Positions 24,594 through 37,800 of a stretch of 64,000 nucleotides of DNA are shown in pieces; position 1 is the stretch's first letter, and the number at the start of each line of letters is the position of its first letter. The DNA is from Selaginella moellendorffii (taxonomy: Eukaryota; Plantae; Lycopodiophyta). Location: assembly GCF_000143415.4 (NCBI RefSeq), contig NW_003314421.1, positions 81,524-145,523 on the forward strand, written 5' to 3'. The notes beneath the pieces were generated by a model. The model did no database searches, was not told the origin of the DNA, and worked only from the letters and a program-made list of their open reading frames with translations. The position numbers and the translations under genes were made by a program.

Positions 24594-26833
24594 TCTGAAA
24601 GTGCAGAAAAGAAGTTAAGACCATACAAAAAATGATTGGAGAATGGCCTAAATCATAACATACCAAACAACCTCAATAGCATGAGGCCACATGCCATTAT
24701 TCAAACATGCTATTGACACCCACGTGAAATTTCGCATTCACAAAATTGGCATGAGCCCTCATGCCATCTTGATAAACACACAGCTACAGGCAGGTAAAGA
24801 AACTATTGGCAATATGCTAGTGATGAACTTGCAAGCCCCAAGATGGCATGAGCCCTCATACCATTAGTGGTACCGTAGTGCCGCTCGCACCACCGCAACT
24901 GCTCGTAGTGCCGCTCGCACAAACTGCCACTTGCATAAACTGCCGCTCGCAATGGCGCTCCCAATGCCGCAACCGCTCGTAGACGCATAAACCACAGCTC
25001 ACAACGCCGCTTACACAAGCAGCGCTCACTGCGCTCAGCGGAACCAAGAACACGGCGCACAAAAATGATAGACCTAGGAATGAGTTCGAGAATTCAAAAA
25101 TAACACACGCTTGAACGTCACATCAAATCCTTTGACAAACAAGATCTTATGATTCCTTTGACAAATTTCAAACTGAGTAGCTTCTAGACTTTGCTGTCAG
25201 ACGTTGAACTTTGTCACATCATGTCCTTGCCTCGATCCAGCTGTGCCATGTCAGTGATTCGAACTTTGCCATGCCATGTCAGCGATCCGCGCCAAGATTA
25301 TTCGCCGTGTAAATGAATAATTATGCTGTGTGTGTACGTCCATTTATGGCAATATAAGGCCACACGCCATTCAAAGAATAATGCTAGTCGAGCATTTTTT
25401 GGTGCATTTTTGGGTTCAAAATTGCATGAGCCCACACGCTATAAAGTTTATCTGTACCAAAAATAAAAATAGCTTTATTTACTTGGGAATTTAAGTGGTT
25501 GAGGCATTTTTAAACTTACAAACACCCTACTTACATTCCTTTGGTTGCTTAAAATTCAAAAATATTATAAACCTTTCTTTTTGCATTTTCAATGTTTTCA
25601 ATTATGGTTTTTGATTTTCGCAGGACCAGCCTAGTAATCTATTTGCATCCCGTCATGTTTATAGCTAGCTTTCGTTTGTCCCCTTCGCTAGCTTGAGATA
25701 CATCTGCTCGGCATCTGCCTCTTACAGCATTTGCCCAGAAAGGGCATCTTTCTTCACGCAGCATTTGCCACATATTTAGGGAGGGTTTAATTCAGTAGCT
25801 TGATAAACATGCAAATACAGAACTTGATGCAAAATCCTTTGATATGTCACAATGCCCCTAGGACCATAAACACATTTCAATAGAGAGGGTCCTTTCATTT
25901 CATAACTCCTTACGTAGATCTTGGTGAAACCAGAGTTAATGAAGTTGGTTTCTTGTGATCCCGCATTTGATTGTGATGTCCCTTTGCAGTGTCGATGGAA
26001 AGGTCAATGCACACCAAACTGTAGAATCTTGGAGGAAAATAACGGTCGGATCTATGGCAAATGCCCCTGAAACATTGTAAGGCTCGTGTGGTCTCATGTG
26101 GTGTCCAATCGAGATGCTTCTTTGCAGGGTCATCAAGAAGGACATTGTATACCATTCTTTATTTAGCTGAACATTTGGCATTTTTGGAAATACAAGATGC
26201 TTTGGAATATCCAATCATGCATGGTATAAATATAGCGAGGGTATGAAATGATATCCCAATCATGATCTTTCTTTTGGATTTCGCGTGCATGCAGTCCGAG
26301 GAATGATGACGTTGCGGATTTCTTTCGGATTTCACATGCATGCATGCGCGCGGCGATCCAGAAATTAATGGTGGCGCCCAAGTCCGAGGAATGATGACGT
26401 TGCGGGATTACCAACCGTCGTAACATTTCACGCGTGTGAGGTTAGGTTTTGCATTTTGCTTCGTACTCGCACTCGCACACTCGCGCTCGCATCGCGCTCC
26501 CACTCGCGATCACGCTCACATTCGCGCTCATCTACCTTCTCTACAGGTTTCTCATGTGCATCGGCGTGTACTCGCGCTTGCATCACACTTGCGCTTGCAT
26601 CGCGCTCGTGTGCATCGGCGTCCACTTCAAAACACACCCAGTTTGTAACTTCGCCGCCAACTCCGCCGCCCACTCCGCCACCCACACGCAGCCCACTTGG
26701 CGTCCCGGGAGATTTCAGCGCCACTCTCCAACTGTAAGTGGCAGAGTAGCCTTGCTGCTACGATCCGCTGCACACACAGTGCACATTCGCCAGCGAGTCT
26801 GGCCTCGATTGTCACGCCTCCATTCGGCTTCAA

Positions 26834-29800
26834 ATGGTAAGTCTTTTAGGCCAAGTAGAAAATGGCATGAGGCCACATGCCATTCAGTAGCAACATTGGC
26901 ATGCACCGATTGGGCTCTCGAGTGCAGTCCGGTTACAGATGGCGTGTAGCCTCACGCCATCTTAGGATGCAGCCTCAAGACATCTGATGCAGTGGTGAAT
27001 GGCGTGTGGCCTCATGTTATTTCCAGCTGCTAGCTTTTCATCTGTCAGCTCTAATTGTTGTGCATTTCTGAACAGGCGAGGAATTGCGTTCTTCTTCCAG
27101 CCACTGTCAATGTGGATGCAGAGAAGGGGGAGGAGCTCACCAGTTGGACTTTCGGGATGGAAGGCGAGGATCTGAGGCTGTACAACACAGATGGTGGGAG
27201 AAAAGAATGCATGGGGATCCTCATCCAAGTGACAGACACTCCATGCAGTTCCATGCAAGAATATGGACTGGCACTTGTGGTAGAGACAACGTCCGCCTTC
27301 AAGATCCACCTTGCACATCCTAGCGGCTTCCCGGAGGGGGGCAGCGGCTATGAGGAATTCCTAGAGGGAGCTAGGAAGAGGTTGTCCAGGAGGCCCACAA
27401 TTTCAAAGATGCTGCGAGTCTATGAAGATCACATGGAATCCACGGACCTCACCTACGACGATGTTCAAAAACTATATTCCAACATTGAGCCGTTGAGAGT
27501 GACTCCAGTTCGCGAAGCGAAGGGGAAGGGGGTCGATCTGGAAACTACCCCGAAGCAGAAAAGGGTGGTCAAGCTCAAGCCGACGTCTGACTCTCCTGCT
27601 CCAAAAAAGAAGCTACTCGGTGATGCCATTGCCTCAGGTTCGAACACTACACCCACCAAAAAGAAGAGCCGCAAAGAGCAGAAAGAGCAAGAAGAGGTAG
27701 CAGAAATCGTCGCAGATAATAGTACTTATTACTATTCCAACAAAGTATATACAATCGACATGAGCCACATCGACATCCAAAGCAAATACAACCACAAGCT
27801 AGTATCTGATGAGTGGGTGGAGAAACTGAAGCAGAAGATGCTGGCAAGTCCAGTAACACCCGACATCGCAGACGTGATCCCCTACTACCGAACAATGAAG
27901 GGCAAGACGAGGTTTCCAGACTTGATCAATAGGAAGGTGTTGGACGATCAGAACATCCGGTTCTATGCCGTCTCCGGGCAGCATTCTAGCTTGGCGATGC
28001 AAGAGATAGTTGTGGATATTATGGTGGGCGAGGAGGTGAAGAAAGTCTTCAAGACAAGAGTTGTCCGCATGATAAAAGGCAACTCGCCCCTCCGATCTAT
28101 CATATCCATCTCCCACGCGCAGAATGTCAAGCAAGAAACGTGCTACAAATCGGGTCTGCACGAGACATTGGCACAAACACGGAAGCTCTGGGTTCAACTG
28201 AAGAAGCCACAAAAACCAGGACAAGGACGTGCACTAGCAACTAGCGCCTGGCAGGTAAGCCTCGTTGCATGTGGCATAGCATGTGGCCTCACGCCATTTC
28301 CATTGCAGGAATTCTCGAGTCTTCTCTCGAAAACACTGGGGGTCAATGACACACTCAGCATCCATAACATTCTACTCGCGACAAAAGTTGTTTTTGACAA
28401 ATGGGTAGATGTGCTGAGGAGGTACCATGACGGGGAGTTGCTAAACTCAATGGGTGTGGAGGACGGCCGGAAGCCCAATGATTTGAAGCTCAACGCCTTG
28501 CGTTTCTCGCGGTCTCTAGACGACGACGACCTTCTGACAGTGGCTAATGCTCTTCTACGTGGTGAGGTAGTCTTCAACAAGACCAAAATGACTTCCGGCC
28601 ATATTGTGACATACGAGGACTTGTGCACGACTCTGAGAGCTTGTGCGCTATTGAAGGATTGGATCTTCGAGCAAGTGGCCGTGGAGAGGGTGAGCATCGA
28701 CACCACGCAAGAGATGATGGAAGAGCTGGAGTTGTCAAATGAAGACATCGACGAGTACGTGAAGGGGGCCCCCAAGTTCATCGATCTGCTGCGGGATGCC
28801 ACGAAAAGTAAAGCTGAGAAGTTGGATCATCATCCAAATTTCATTAAGAGGGATGTCGACCGCCGGCTTCAGAAACAGCTCGACCCCGCAGCAGAGGCCT
28901 ATTGAGAACCTTACCGGGTATACGTGAATTCGGATGAGGATCAAAGGTGGAGGAGCTTCCGACTCCAAGGGCAAATGCGTTGTCGAGTACAACTGCGGCG
29001 GACTATTCTTTCGAGCCGCACTACTCAAGGGTGTCCCGTGTGTTGCGGTGACAAACTCCATTGAAGAGGTGACTTCAATGGAGCATATAATTACAGTTGC
29101 CAAAGAAAAACAGTATCTTCTCTGCGAACCTGGTGAGTACGCACTTTAAGTTTAAATGTTATCTCACAAGCTTTGTATGCAGGAGCGTGGCCACCCCCAG
29201 ATGTTGAAACGGCGTTAACAGCTACTGTTGAAGATACCCATGTTGGGCCGAGCTCACAACCTGCACAAGGTAAGGTCACGTGAGGCCTCACGCCATTTTG
29301 ATTATAGATCGTTGTGAATATTCAGACACGAGGACTGAAAAGCGCACTGGTGGTGCGTCGAAGAAGGACAAATAGACAAGCAATAGGAAAAAAGGAGGTA
29401 CAAATTATATTTGCAATGGCGTGTGGTCTCATGCCATTCCTTGCAGGAGACACTTCTTCAAAGGCAAAACAGGCAAGCACCAGCCAAGTACAACGGACGA
29501 GAGGTACCAATCATTTTTGTTATACGTGAATTCTCATGCCATTGCTTCTTGCAGCTCAAATTCCAAAGAGACTAGGGCAAGCAGCACAGACCTCACGACA
29601 AGAACCTGAAGGTTTGATGGCGTGTGGCCCCACGCAATTAACTAATGTTCTTTCAAATCGCGTCGAGGAAATCAAACGGAACAACGTGCCTCCAGTGGAG
29701 GAGGGGGAGGCCTCGGAGAGTGATAAGGAGAGTTCCGAAATAGGTACGATCATGACATATGGCCCCATGCACTTATCTAAGTTTGTATTTCAGGGGAACG

Positions 29801-30876
29801 AGTTGAACCAATGGAAAACTTTATGAAAGGTAACTTAAAAATATTATGGGATGTTGCATGTGTTGATGCAATAATATACAGTTCAAGTGCCAAGGAGACG
29901 TCGTGAATCTCGAATTAGGCTACCTGCAAAACAGCTTTCAGACGCTGTAGACAAAGAGATGGACAACCGACCAGGGCAGAGGAGGAAGGGTAAAAGCATT
30001 TGTGTGCTTATCGCGTATGTCCTCATGCTATTTCTGTAGAACGGGCGCATAAGAAACGAAAGCGAAAGGGAATTGAGGAGCAGGCACCTGAGGATGCGGA
30101 AGGCACGACAGAGCCTCCAAGGACGGGAAGTAAAGCGTCATGGTTATTGCGTGGGTCCTCATGCCATTTCTTGCAGATCAAGCTCAAACTGACAGTGGTT
30201 ATAAAAAGCAAAAGCACGTTGGACAGTCGTCGGGATTAGAGGTGTTTGATTCGAAAAGGAAGAAGGGCAACGAAAAGATGATAGGTAATGCCTCGCGGTT
30301 ATGACGTGTGTGCTCATGCCATTCATTGCAGATCAAGGGCTGAGTGAAAGCAGCCAGTCACCACCTCCTGACTCAGATTCCTATGGCGGACTCCCCTTCC
30401 CCAATCTCAATGGAGAGGTACAATGGATGAGGGATGCTTTTCAAGTCAGGGCCATGTTTTTTTCATCTCGTCGTCTTTGAAGGGTGCAAGAACGTGCAGA
30501 AACCATGTTAAGACAGTCGGGTGAGGATACGGTCCTATGTCACGCACTAAAACAGGCTATGGATGTCTTGTATTTTGAGATGGAGACTCGGCCAGATGAT
30601 TTTCCCAAGATGGTCCTGGAAGAACAAGCCATCCAGCCTGAGCAGCCTATGGAAGAAATGCAGGAGGGGGATGAGGAGCCAGAGAAAGATAATGAGCAGG
30701 AAGAGCAGAAGGACGAAGAGGAGGACGAAGAAGAGGAGGACGAAGAGGACTTGGATGGCCCTCACAATGGTGACGATCGCAATAACGACGACGACGATGA
30801 TGACGAAGATGGCCAGCCTGAGGTGGCCAAAGAGCAGCGGAGGAAGGTCATACAAGACAAACCATCAGGTAAATAA
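26834..30876 (+). pseudogene. Multi-exon ParB-like/methyltransferase-like gene, copy 2
   Basis: ORF 27055-28905, then ~500 bp deleted from the MTase-like part, then a run of short exons joined by 47-56 nt introns, then acidic ORF 30484-30876; in-frame stops present. Confidence 0.65.
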
Positions 30877-30937
30877 TAGTACATCCATTCCTAACCTTTT
30901 ACCATTTCTAACATTGTCCATGTAGGTTGCAGAGCAA

Positions 30938-32641
30938 ATGGTAAGTAGAGATTATTCAGTTGAATTAAGATACAAACTCTAGCCTTTAGTGTCGAGGAAG
31001 GATAGTGCCAAGCAAGGGTCGAAACGTATGTCCAATCCTTCAGAGTCAGCAGTGCGCCCAAGTGATATTGGTCCTAGTTCCTCAATAGCAGTTGATGGTA
31101 AATACAGTATAGTCGATTCAATGTGCTAATGAGTTTGTTTTTAGTAGCACGGGAGGATACCATCTCAATCGAAGGGAGATATTTGGACATGCATATGGAT
31201 CCACCAGTGGACTCTACTTGCCTGCAAGAGTCATCAGAGCTGGTGGAGGCTACTATCCATATCAACGCCAAGCAAGCTGACCACACTCCACTTGATGCTG
31301 CCCATACCACTGAGTCAATCTTGTCCACGTATCCAACTGACGGTGACTAGGCGCCATTGGACCCGCATGAGGCCGCCCCAGCCGCCGAGCCGGTCGTATC
31401 CTCATTTCCAACGGACTCAACGTGTGCCCAATCGTCTGACTACGCGCCGTTGGAACCTCCCTACACCGCCCCTGCTGCCTGTTCGGTCATGTCCACTTTG
31501 CCAACGGAGGCACCAGCTGAAATGGCGTGTGATCACACGCCATCGGAACCACCCCATGCCACTGTTGAGCCAGTTGTACCAAAGTCTACAGCTGAAATGG
31601 CATGTGCCCACACGCCATCGGATGCGATTGACCCCATATTGCAGAGGAGAGTATTTCCGCCCTTCACGTTTCCTCGACCAAAACCCTCTGAACGACCATC
31701 GGGAGCACCATTCGCTAATATTGTAGATGGTAAAATTGACTTGTACCATTTTTTATGCTGACGCATTTCATTTCAGAGTCACGGCGAAGGTACTGTATCG
31801 TTTTTGATCTGAACGGTGTCCTTTTCTCCCATGAGCGTGGCTCGTCCTCGAATGTCACTACACCCTCCAAAGCCTGCGGTCGCAAGTTGGTCAAAAGAGA
31901 CAGATTCACATTAATCACACGGGAGAAACTGCGGGATCTAATAATGACCATGCGACACTTAAAACAGAGGGCCGGGTTCAATTTGCAATTGGGAGTTTGG
32001 ACATCCATGATGTGCCACAATGCATTAACGTTGCTACAGATGATGCACGATCAGACGTGAGTAATATTACCATTTGACTTTCTCCTAACGCAGGAGGATT
32101 GCTTGACTATGGTCCATGTGAGGGGTAGCAAGCCCATCTTCGTCAAGCCAGAGGCTGTAGTGATGAACCGGACTGCTAGGTCAAGTGAAATCCTCATCAT
32201 CAATGACTCGCCGATTAAAACTGCAGCGAACACGCACACATATGCAGTGCACCCCATCTTTTGCAGTATGGAAACTAGGGAGAAGAAACCGTATGTGTTC
32301 TGGGGCACCTTGCAAAACGGCTTGGAGCGATGGTGATAGAGAACCAGCCAGTCCAGGAGGTGGCTGTAGAAATCAACCAAATGGCAGATGGAATGGTATA
32401 TCAGAAGCCATTTGATCGGACAGACACCAGTCATCATTTATGGCATGTATATTGTCTAGCCAAGCACTATCCGCATCTCCATAATTTGTTCAACCGGATG
32501 GGTTCTTCGACCACTGAACATGAGCATGGACGTATTAGAGAAGAGATGGCATTACTATTGGGTTTAAATCCTGATAGTGTGGAGAGTGATGAAATTCCAA
32601 GATTATTGTATAGGCGTTGGAAGCAAAAAATAACAGTCTGA
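30938..32641 (+). pseudogene. FCP1/NIF-like HAD phosphatase gene, copy 2 (stops and frameshift)
   Basis: ORF fragments 31123-31350, 31357-31761, 31755-32060, 32103-32336, 32330-32641 match 509-2028. Confidence 0.75.
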
Positions 32642-33059
32642 GATGGCATGTATTTATTTAAAAATGTAACTTATTATGGCATGGGGTTCCATGCCATTGT
32701 ATTAATATTAAAAGACAATTCTTTGAGAGGATTTGCATTATACTAGAAGTGTTACAGCATGTTATTGGAAGTCTACGAAGTTGTTTTATTAATAAGGGGA
32801 AAGTAAAGATTGAATGGGGACTTGGGCTCCACCTAAACTCGGAGCAACTGAGCCAATATTAAAAGGATGGAAAGAAATTGGACGACGATGACAAGGAGAA
32901 GAGAGAGGTGAAGCAGTGGCAGGGGGAGGAGAAGTGATTGAGTAGACATTTCCTTGTTTAAAATAAAATGGCATGTGCCTCAATGCAGTTGAATTTTGTT
33001 ATATTTATATACTATATAAAGGTTTGGAAACCTTATTTTACAAGTGGGATAATGACAAT

Positions 33060-33083
33060 TCCCACTTTAACGAAATAGAGCTT
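33060..33083. repeat. Terminal inverted repeat (copy 2)
   Basis: TCCCACTTTAACGAAATAGAGCTT. Confidence 0.9.
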
Positions 33084-33470
33084 GTTGTCTTTACTCTGCA
33101 CCAATTATGTGGATCAAGACGCGTCTCCATGCCCCTCTTCCTGCTTGACAAATTGGCCGGTGGAAATTCAAAGAATATATTCCCATTATAGGAAGACGGA
33201 AGCTCCTCACCTCTCATGTACTGGAACTCCTTCAATTCCAATCGTAATGATCGAGATTGCCAAAATGCCTTATCCACCGCTTCAAAAACTGGTCCAAAAG
33301 GAACGGACCTACTTGTATGGGAAGCTATGTCGGGAAGCTCATCTTCTTCACTTTCGTCACTAGAGAGAATAACAACTTCATCCTTCATTCCTTGCACAGT
33401 TGGCTGTGAAACTGATGCACTCTCCTCTGCTCGTTTTGGAGATCCTGTAACTAGAATCTCCTGACCTGTA
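33084..33470 (-). pseudogene. N-terminal part of the MULE A transposase
   Basis: ORF 33038-33397 (…LPSSYNGNIFFEFPP…LDPHNWCRVKTT) continues across the Sola TSD into 20164. Confidence 0.7.
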
Positions 33471-34140
33471 CATTTATCAAGATCCCACTAAATCCCATTC
33501 TCTCCCACACCACTGTCCAGAAGAATAGATTTTTCTATCTAATTACTCTTATCCCGACATACATTCTCCAAACTAACTGATCCCGGCTTCAACTTGAATT
33601 TTCTGCAAAGGAAGCTCTCTCTTATAACATTCTTAGAGAAAACAATTGGAGGCTCTTGATCGAACTTCAAGTAGAATTCTCTTATGTCTTCTCCTTCCTC
33701 GAACACTTAGAAAAAAAATTGGGGAGAAACTGACAAGAAAGAACAAAGATATTCTTTTGTATTGTGAGCATTAATTAGCTATGTCCTTGCAAAAGACAAG
33801 TTAATTATTTTAACAAAATATACAACCGTTTAGAATCTAGAGAGATATGAGAATCTTAAAGAGCCACCCATATTAATTATATAATTGATTGTGAGAGGAA
33901 TAATACTGTTGAAATGAATAGGGTTATGAGCGAGAGGCACTGATTAATTGCGAGAGTTGTAGCATTAATTGCTTGTTCTCCCTCTCATCTCCATGCTCTT
34001 TTCCCTTCAAAAGAGTTTCATTCTTTTGTGATATGTGAGAGAGACTTAAGCTTGAAAAGGTTGGTTCGTACACGGTTTTTTCGCACGCAAGTAACTTGTG
34101 CCTCACGGCTACTTCGCACAGGAATGATTAATTCAGCAGC

Positions 34141-34756
34141 GAACCGATCTTCCCAGCACATCAAGTTTTGGGTTTCTTTTTGTTTCTTGTCGTTCCATTG
34201 GTGCTGAGAAGATCGGTTCGGGGACGAACCGATCTTCCCAGCGCCAAGGGAACTTCTTCTTTTCTTCTTTTTTTTTTCCCTTGGTGCTTGGAAGATCGGT
34301 TTGGCGACGAACCAATCTTCCCAACGCTAAGGGAACTTCTTCTTTTCTTTTTCTTTTTTCCCTTGGTGCTGGGAAGATCGATTTGGCGACGAACTGATCT
34401 TCCCAGCACCAAGGGAACTTCTTCTTTTCTTTTTTCTTTTTTTTTCCCTTGGTGCTGGGAAGATCAGTTCGGCGATGAACTGATCTTCCCAGTGCCAAGG
34501 GAACTTCTTCTTTTCTTCTTTTTTTTTTTTTCCCTTGGTGCTGGGAAGATCGGTTTGGCGACGAACTGATTTTCCCAGTGCCAAGGGAACTTCTTCTTTT
34601 CTTCTTCTTTTTTTTCCTTGGTGCTGGGAAGATTGGTTCGGTGATGAACCGATCTTCCCAGCGCCAAGGGAACTTCTTCTTTTCTTCTTTACTTTTGTTC
34701 TCTTGGTGCTGCGAAGATCGGTTCAGTGATGAACCGATCTTCCAGCACCAAGGGAA
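34141..34756. repeat. Tandem array of ~7.5 palindromic units (~80-87 bp period)
   Basis: Unit CCCTTGGTGCTGGGAAGATCGGTT-N-AACCGATCTTCCCAGCACCAAGGG separated by T/C-only tracts. Confidence 0.92.
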
Positions 34757-34821
34757 CTTCTTTGCGGTTTTTTTAATGTTTACTCAAGTTTATTTGTCAT
34801 TTTCATGCAGATATATAAATC

Positions 34822-37800
34822 ATGCCACAACAGAAGAAGTGTCCCGGTCAACTTCAATGGACCCGTTCTCCAGGAAAACGACTAGATCGTTGTGCTAGAT
34901 TCACTAGGGACACCTCACAAGTTCAAAGTGTTCCTTCGGAGGAAGACCATGGTGGGAGTAGTGGTGTCCAGATCCAAGTAATGGTTGATCCTGATCCAGG
35001 TGTTAGCATGCAGGAGCCAGATGGTTCTAGAGAGCGTGGAAATGCAGAAGCTAGCTATAGCACAGGAGAAGCTGCTGGTGGTAGTGCCATAGGTGGTGGT
35101 GCGGAACTTGGTGGCAGAAATGAAGCACCTAATGCTATAGGTGGTGGGGCAGATCTTGGTGGTGGAAATGGCGGACATGCTGCTGCTCTTGAAGGTCACA
35201 GAAATGAGGTGGTAACTATGCTAGAGGCTGACACAATCTTGAATGAGCGAGTACAAGAGACTATTGTCCAGGCTCAAGAACGAACTATCAGCAGGGTGTT
35301 AGGTGAAATGGCTTGGAAAGGATCCCAACATCTTGAGATTCCACTTTGCCGTCTTAAGCAGAGTCACTGGGTGCGCTCAGCCTATGACCTCAACATGGCT
35401 ATTTATACCTCTTTCACAGAGGTTGGATTCGGGCACATAGCTGGATCGTTTATTGTGTCGTCATCATTTCCCGGAACAAATTGCATAGACATGGTTACTC
35501 ACGAGATTGAGCAGACTTGGGATCAAATATGGCAGAGGAAATCTCAGGAGTTTGATACTTTGATGGCGTGCCACAAGGAGACACAAGCCTTTGTAGGCCG
35601 GATGTTCTTCATTATTGATGAAAACCACCGATGGCTTGCGTTTTGGAGGTGTATCCAAAAGAAGTTCCAAGACGATGACGAGTGACATATTTGTGTTCCA
35701 GTGACACTTGTGGAGCCACAAGATCGAAACCAAGCTGTGAGGCTCAACTTAGCATGTCACAAGATCAACATGTAAGAATCTTTTACTTGTAACCTTTGTT
35801 CTCACTAACTATGTTATATGCTTAATCAATTGACTTTCCAAGCACATACCTTGGTCCATGATATTGAGCACCTTCGATATGTTGGCATGCTTTCTCTCGA
35901 CGAAATCTAGATGCTGTATAGTCGTGAAGTTATGGAAGCGGTTGAGGCAAAGCTTGTAGCACGTAAAGGCCAAGAGTTGCTTACTTGGTATCAAGTGCCT
36001 ATGGATTTTTTGGTTGCAGTCTGGGCAAAGGTATCCTTTTCTTGCATGAACTTGTGTTTTCTACTCACAATTTTTTCTTTTAGCCAATTGTCAAGGCGGA
36101 GCAAAACTCATATTTGAAGATTACGCAAGTGACGGAAGAGGTGCAAAAGAACCTTGAACTACGAAAAATTGAGCAGCGCATTTTGAACTCAAAGAAATCA
36201 AAGGTGAAGAAGCTACTTGCGATTGCAGACATTCGCCGCGATAAAGATTGGTTGGATTGCATTGCAGAGATATGCTCTTGTGGCAGTAAGTTAGTCCCTT
36301 TTATCTTTCTCATTCCACTTTGAAATCCTTGTCCTTGCAGGAAATGGTAAAGCACATGAAGAATTGATCTATAACATCGCAAAAAGCAAACTCTCCTTCA
36401 ACGAACAAACCTCTTGCTTGGAAATCCTCAACACTTGGCATCGTAACAATGATAAGAGGTTGGAGAGGAAACTTGAGAATGTGATGAAAGAGAAGCTCTA
36501 TATCACTCAGAGTATTGCGGCTGCTGAGGAGCTACTTCAACTATGGGATACGAAGTTCCTTACTAGTGCCCGCACCGACATAACACTTCCAGAATATGTC
36601 CGAGCTTCCCTTCAAGAGCTTGGGGATGGATGGCTTCCTGATGGCAGCTCAAGCTCTATGGATTTCAAGAACCAGCCGGGCCAACCATTTTTCTCATGTC
36701 ACATGGCATATAGGTACATTGAAAAAATTGACTTGTTTATTTAATCATGACTCTTTTATAGGTATTTAAATCATTGCCCAGGTGCTCCAGTGTACACCGC
36801 AAGTGTTTTTCTCAAACTCTTAACTGGTGGGAAGAAACTTGGCATGTATGAGCCAGAGTTTCAGTGTTCCACTGCACGGGAGTGAGAACTTTGTGCATGG
36901 TACTTGGAGTTGTGGAGGCAAATGCCATCGTCACCTTTTGAGCTTGATCTTTACCTCGAGTGTCATCCAGGTTTGATGAGTAAAATTTCCTAATAGTAAC
37001 TTATGTTTCTACTTTATTGTAGAGGCACTTTTGGAGGGAGTGGAGATGCCTCAAGATAGGGACGAGATTCATATTGAGCAGACCGAAGACAAACGAGTGG
37101 AGAACCCGGCTGAAAACTCTCTTGCCCCATCTCATCCTACAGCAGTTGCTCATTCCCCAGATCCTACTGCCGCTGCTCGTCCAGCCCCGGCTGCTTGAAA
37201 TATACGAAGGCAACTCCATAGTGAGGACGTCCAAGAGAGTAAGAACTTGATTTCCAATGACCTTGCTTATTGTAATTTGGTTGTAGATGTCGGAGAAACC
37301 AGCCAGCACTCTATACGTCGATGTACAAATGCATTCTTTCCATCCCTCCCCACTGCTACATAGGATGACCTCCAAGAGTTATCTTCATCGGCTTCACATA
37401 AACAGGTATGAAAAAAAACATGTATTAACTTTAATATTTCCTGGTTTTGAACACTATTTAGGTTCGCCCTCTTTCTCCTACGGGAAGTGTTGGCAACGTG
37501 GAAATAGTTATTGGGGACTACTTTCAGCTTTCCAACAATATGAGCCGAGAGTCTTCTATGTTCCATCGATGGATGCGAGGATTGGGAATGAACAATACTT
37601 TCAGCATCGACCTCGCATTCTTCGATCTGCCTGATGGGTTACCACCTTTACAAGGTGACACTCCATCTTGGAACATCCTTCGACTGGACCAAATTTCTCA
37701 AGCGATGGATGTGGCATCCAAGGTGTTGCAATACCAGGGCATTATGCTAGTCATTCTTCCCCGTTCTTTATTTTGGGGAGGTCTTCTTGCAACGATGGTG

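Larger units (their letters stand above)
20165..33083 (-). mobile_element. Large TIR DNA transposon, Sola-like, copy 2 (~12.9 kb, inverted relative to copy 1)
   Basis: Same 24-bp TIRs (20165-20188, 33060-33083). 4-bp TSD GTTG (20161-20164, 33084-33087). Near-identical to copy 1 in reverse complement. Interrupts the MULE transposase reading frame (…HNWCRVKTT|…SIVHCGGQLQC). Confidence 0.92.

Noticed and set aside
67-33083. 33-kb inverted duplication as an assembly fold-back artefact
   Set aside because: Each copy has its own TSD, substitutions and deletions, and sits in a different target element.
34141-34756. CRISPR array
   Set aside because: Spacers are low-complexity T/C tracts rather than unique sequences; no cas genes; eukaryotic context.
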